DNA of 64,000 bases from Spirochaetia bacterium (lineage in GTDB: Bacteria; Spirochaetota; Spirochaetia; UBA9216), in NCBI GenBank assembly GCA_963677925.2, contig CAXXYH010000003.1, positions 256,001-320,000 of the forward strand. Direction: 5' to 3'. The notes under the pieces were generated by a model, which was not told where the DNA came from, did no database searches, and was given only the letters and a program-made list of their open reading frames with translations. This document shows positions 61,259 to 64,000 of this stretch, piece after piece. The translations under genes and the position numbers were made by a program. Each line of letters begins with the position of its first letter. Within the stretch, counting starts at the first letter, position 1.

Positions 61259-62170
61259 TTACTCAGGCCAGTTAACCTGAATATTAACATTTGTAGTTGT
61301 AGGCACCACTGTGGTAATAACCTCTGTTATCACTGCGGTAATTGCCGACTCGGTTTCAGTTGAGGAGACACTGCCGCCGCCTGTTGAGATATCTGACGGA
61401 GAGGGCGGTTTTGTAGAGACGGTGACTATTGACTGCGCAATTGCAGTAGCCATTGGTGTAACCATTCCACCGTCTGCACCGCTTGCAAGCAAAGGAGCAG
61501 ATGCAATTTCCGCCGGAGGCTCGGATGGTTCGGGAAGATCTGCACCAGCATCTTCAGTAGAATCATCACCTGCGACTTCCTCACCATCGGCTTCATCACT
61601 GCTGTCAGACTCTTCACCGTCTTTTTTTTCTTTAGTCTTTGTTTTCTTCTCTTCACCTACCGTAGCTTTTTTCCCTGTCCTGATATCGGTAACTACAGCC
61701 ATACCGTCCCATGCCATCACCTTCATCCCTTGGCCGTCACCGAGTATTTCAACATCAAGAACCGTACCCCGGACAGATGCAGTAGAGTTTGCATTTCTAA
61801 TGGTAAAATCATGATCAACACCCTCACTCGAATGCACTTCAGATCTGACATTCCCGATATCAAGGAATAGATCTGTTACAACCGTTCCTTCTTTTTCTAC
61901 AAGTTCTGATAATGTAAGCCTGGTCAGATCTTTTGCAACAACAACTGATGAATCACCCAGTATCATCACAGCTTTGGAGTTAAAACCGGTAGAAATACTG
62001 TCACCTGCAGTCAACTTATCTCCAGGGACTACAGGGCGCCATCCTCCTCCGCCTATTTTAGCCTCAACTTTACCACTCACCTCTTTGATAGTGGCAGTCA
62101 GCTCCGCCGCTGTAATTCCAACAGTTATTACAAAAATCATAAAAAAAATTATGGTAATCTTTTTAAGCAT
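61259..62170 (-). CDS. Secreted FecR-domain protein
   Basis: Signal peptide; VSGKVE, GDSISTG, TASVRGT; acidic/Pro linker. Confidence 0.82.
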   Translation of the reverse strand: MLKKITIIFFMIFVITVGITAAELTATIKEVSGKVEAKIGGGGWRPVVPGDKLTAGDSISTGFNSKAVMILGDSSVVVAKDLTRLTLSELVEKEGTVVTDLFLDIGNVRSEVHSSEGVDHDFTIRNANSTASVRGTVLDVEILGDGQGMKVMAWDGMAVVTDIRTGKKATVGEEKKTKTKEKKDGEESDSSDEADGEEVAGDDSTEDAGADLPEPSEPPAEIASAPLLASGADGGMVTPMATAIAQSIVTVSTKPPSPSDISTGGGSVSSTETESAITAVITEVITTVVPTTTNVNIQVNWPE

Positions 62171-62179
62171 ACTATCCTC

Positions 62180-63445
62180 CTATAGACTCAATGAGACTGA
62201 TGCTGTGACCTTAAACTGAATAGATTGATCAAGCATAACCGAAGAAGGGAAAAAGACATTTCCTCCTGCAGACATTCCCAAATCAGAGAGAAGTCTCATC
62301 ATGACATTCAGGTTAGCTTCAGTTCCAAGATATAAACCGGTAGAATCTGCCGAAGTATTTCCTGTACTTACAGGTCCTGCAGTGCTTCTGAAAAAAGTAG
62401 TCCCTTTGAGCATTATCATTGTGCTTTTTACTGGTTTCATTGAATATAAAGCACTGAAATAAAACAGATTCGACTGCTGTGCCGTAAAGATCACTCCGGC
62501 TGCTATCGGGGTTACAGGTGTGTACATTGTTGAAAACCCCGATGTATTTCCTTCATAAAATCCGGAATAATCTGCATCACCGCTGGAGTAATGGCCCTCA
62601 ACAGAAACTCTTGATGACAAAAAAGCAGGAATCAGATAATTCAAACCGCCGCCGGCTATATACGCAAGGATCTGATTATCCCCATAGCTTCCTCCGTTCC
62701 AGAAACCGTAAGCACTGTAAAAAAATGAAGGAAGTATAGGTATCGGCCCCATCAGCCCGGCCCCCGCATAATAAGTATTGAGCCTGTTTCCTCCTGAAAC
62801 TATCTGAGCATCTGTATGCAAGTCCTGCTGAAATAAACCTGACAGAATAAGTGTCTGCCCTGCAAACAGCGCTGGAAAGGTTATACGTAATCCTTCCACA
62901 AGTCTCGGTGATGCAAAAGGGCCCCACACAGGAACAGGATCTACAGCCTGAGCCGATAGATCCGAATGGCTCATAATTATAGTTGCTGCAGGCCCCTGGA
63001 TAAGACCGGTATAGGCAGTAAACATAGAAAAGCTTACAGCCGGCAGAGCCCAGTCTATAAAAATACCGTCACCGGTATGAGAAAAAACTTTTGTAGAAAA
63101 ATCCGAAAAAGAGAAACGGCCTGCTTTAAATGACAAATTACCCAGGCCTCCATCATCGAGACTGTATTTCCCCTGAAGTTTAAGCTGATCCAGTTCAAGA
63201 AGGAAGGCTCTGCTGTCTTTGAAAGTGTAACTGCCCTGGAATTCATAACTTAAAGCCTTGTTAATTTTACCGTTTGCCCAGCCTGCTGATTTTATCGTGT
63301 AGGAAAGGCCGCTCCAGTCAACTTCCGTCTGTCCCGAATTAAAGAGCATTGCAGGCGAAGCATCTACAGTTAATCCAAAATCATATCCGTAGGCAGTTCC
63401 TGTAAGTATGATAATCAAAAGCGCTATTATAACTGTTCTCTTCAT
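62180..63445 (-). CDS. Putative outer-membrane beta-barrel protein
   Basis: Signal peptide (AYG); alternating aromatic strands; YLGTEANL; C-terminal FKVTASVSLSL. Confidence 0.62.
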   Translation of the reverse strand: MKRTVIIALLIIILTGTAYGYDFGLTVDASPAMLFNSGQTEVDWSGLSYTIKSAGWANGKINKALSYEFQGSYTFKDSRAFLLELDQLKLQGKYSLDDGGLGNLSFKAGRFSFSDFSTKVFSHTGDGIFIDWALPAVSFSMFTAYTGLIQGPAATIIMSHSDLSAQAVDPVPVWGPFASPRLVEGLRITFPALFAGQTLILSGLFQQDLHTDAQIVSGGNRLNTYYAGAGLMGPIPILPSFFYSAYGFWNGGSYGDNQILAYIAGGGLNYLIPAFLSSRVSVEGHYSSGDADYSGFYEGNTSGFSTMYTPVTPIAAGVIFTAQQSNLFYFSALYSMKPVKSTMIMLKGTTFFRSTAGPVSTGNTSADSTGLYLGTEANLNVMMRLLSDLGMSAGGNVFFPSSVMLDQSIQFKVTASVSLSL

Positions 63446-63449
63446 AACT

Positions 63450-63896
63450 TCAGCTCCGCTCTCTCATTATTTTCCCAATTATGGAAACCGCTTCACCACC
63501 GGTCATACTCCTGTATGCACCGGAATTTTTACTTATATATCCCATAAATCCAAGTTCACGGGAGGCGTAACGCGGAGAGGGAAAAATTGAATACATTAAA
63601 CCGCCTTTCATTTCAAATCCCTTCATTATTAGAAAAGAAAACTCGCCCAGGGTCATTCCGGCTGATGGTGTTCTAAATTCCTTTATCCAGTTTTTCTCCT
63701 GCAAAAGAATAAAAGCCTGAGCAGGTGCAATGTTGTCGTCCCCGAGGCCTGCAGCAGTCGCAACAAGGTATGCACCCATACCGCAGTTTAAAATTTCAGC
63801 CTCGAGAATACCGTCTATCACATCATTTGACTGGCCGAAGGCTGATAATGGAGATACAAATATCAAGGCTATAAAAAGAAATTTTATTTTGTTCAT
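63450..63896 (-). CDS. Exported hypothetical protein with SLH-like helical repeats
   Basis: Signal peptide MNKIKFLFIALIFVSPLSAFG from ATG 63896; MTLGEFSFLIM, GGLMY..FPSPRYA.REL, MTGGEA. Confidence 0.6.
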   Translation of the reverse strand: MNKIKFLFIALIFVSPLSAFGQSNDVIDGILEAEILNCGMGAYLVATAAGLGDDNIAPAQAFILLQEKNWIKEFRTPSAGMTLGEFSFLIMKGFEMKGGLMYSIFPSPRYASRELGFMGYISKNSGAYRSMTGGEAVSIIGKIMRERS

Positions 63897-64000
63897 ACTT
63901 AAAAGTATATGTAGATGAGCTGAGTTTGCAATTTCGGTTTTCAAAAATTATAATTTTTTTATGAATATAAAACATCTGCAAAAAACCTTTCTTATTCCGG

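Noticed and set aside
61311-61814. 167-aa Ser-rich plus-strand ORF
   Set aside because: Mirror of the low-complexity linker in the FecR gene.

Overview
AT-rich bacterial chromosomal segment. The gene content (ODP-chemoreceptor pair, FecR/beta-barrel/lipoprotein cassette, lineage-type hypothetical proteins) suggests a free-living anaerobic spirochaete; this taxonomy is inferred. From left to right: c-di-GMP genes (partial EAL protein; CHASE-GGDEF-hemerythrin), tRNA-Asn, perR-rubrerythrin, corA-DUF432-mscS, gcvT-H-PA-PB, ODP plus soluble chemoreceptor, a phosphotransacylase-butyrate kinase fusion operon, a six-gene glycogen operon, lipB-lipA, dihydropyrimidinase, an 11-gene anaerobic purine-catabolism cluster with two molybdo-hydroxylases, gdhA with an upstream REC-PPDK_N protein, an M20 ureido-hydrolase, and an envelope cassette. 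I saw no mobile element, integrase or CRISPR array. Main observations: (1) the glycogen operon uses eukaryote-like parts and appears to split the eukaryotic debranching enzyme into two genes instead of using GlgX; (2) the ygeW/ygeY/ssnA/xdhD cluster lacks ygfK and ygeX and carries a Cys-less DHODH-fold flavoenzyme and a threonine-synthase-like enzyme instead; (3) glgB has no canonical start for its conserved N-terminus (CTG start or 1-nt frameshift); (4) about ten genes look leaderless; (5) hydA and the ureido-hydrolase share a leader motif. All functional calls come from motif recognition by eye; no searches were run.
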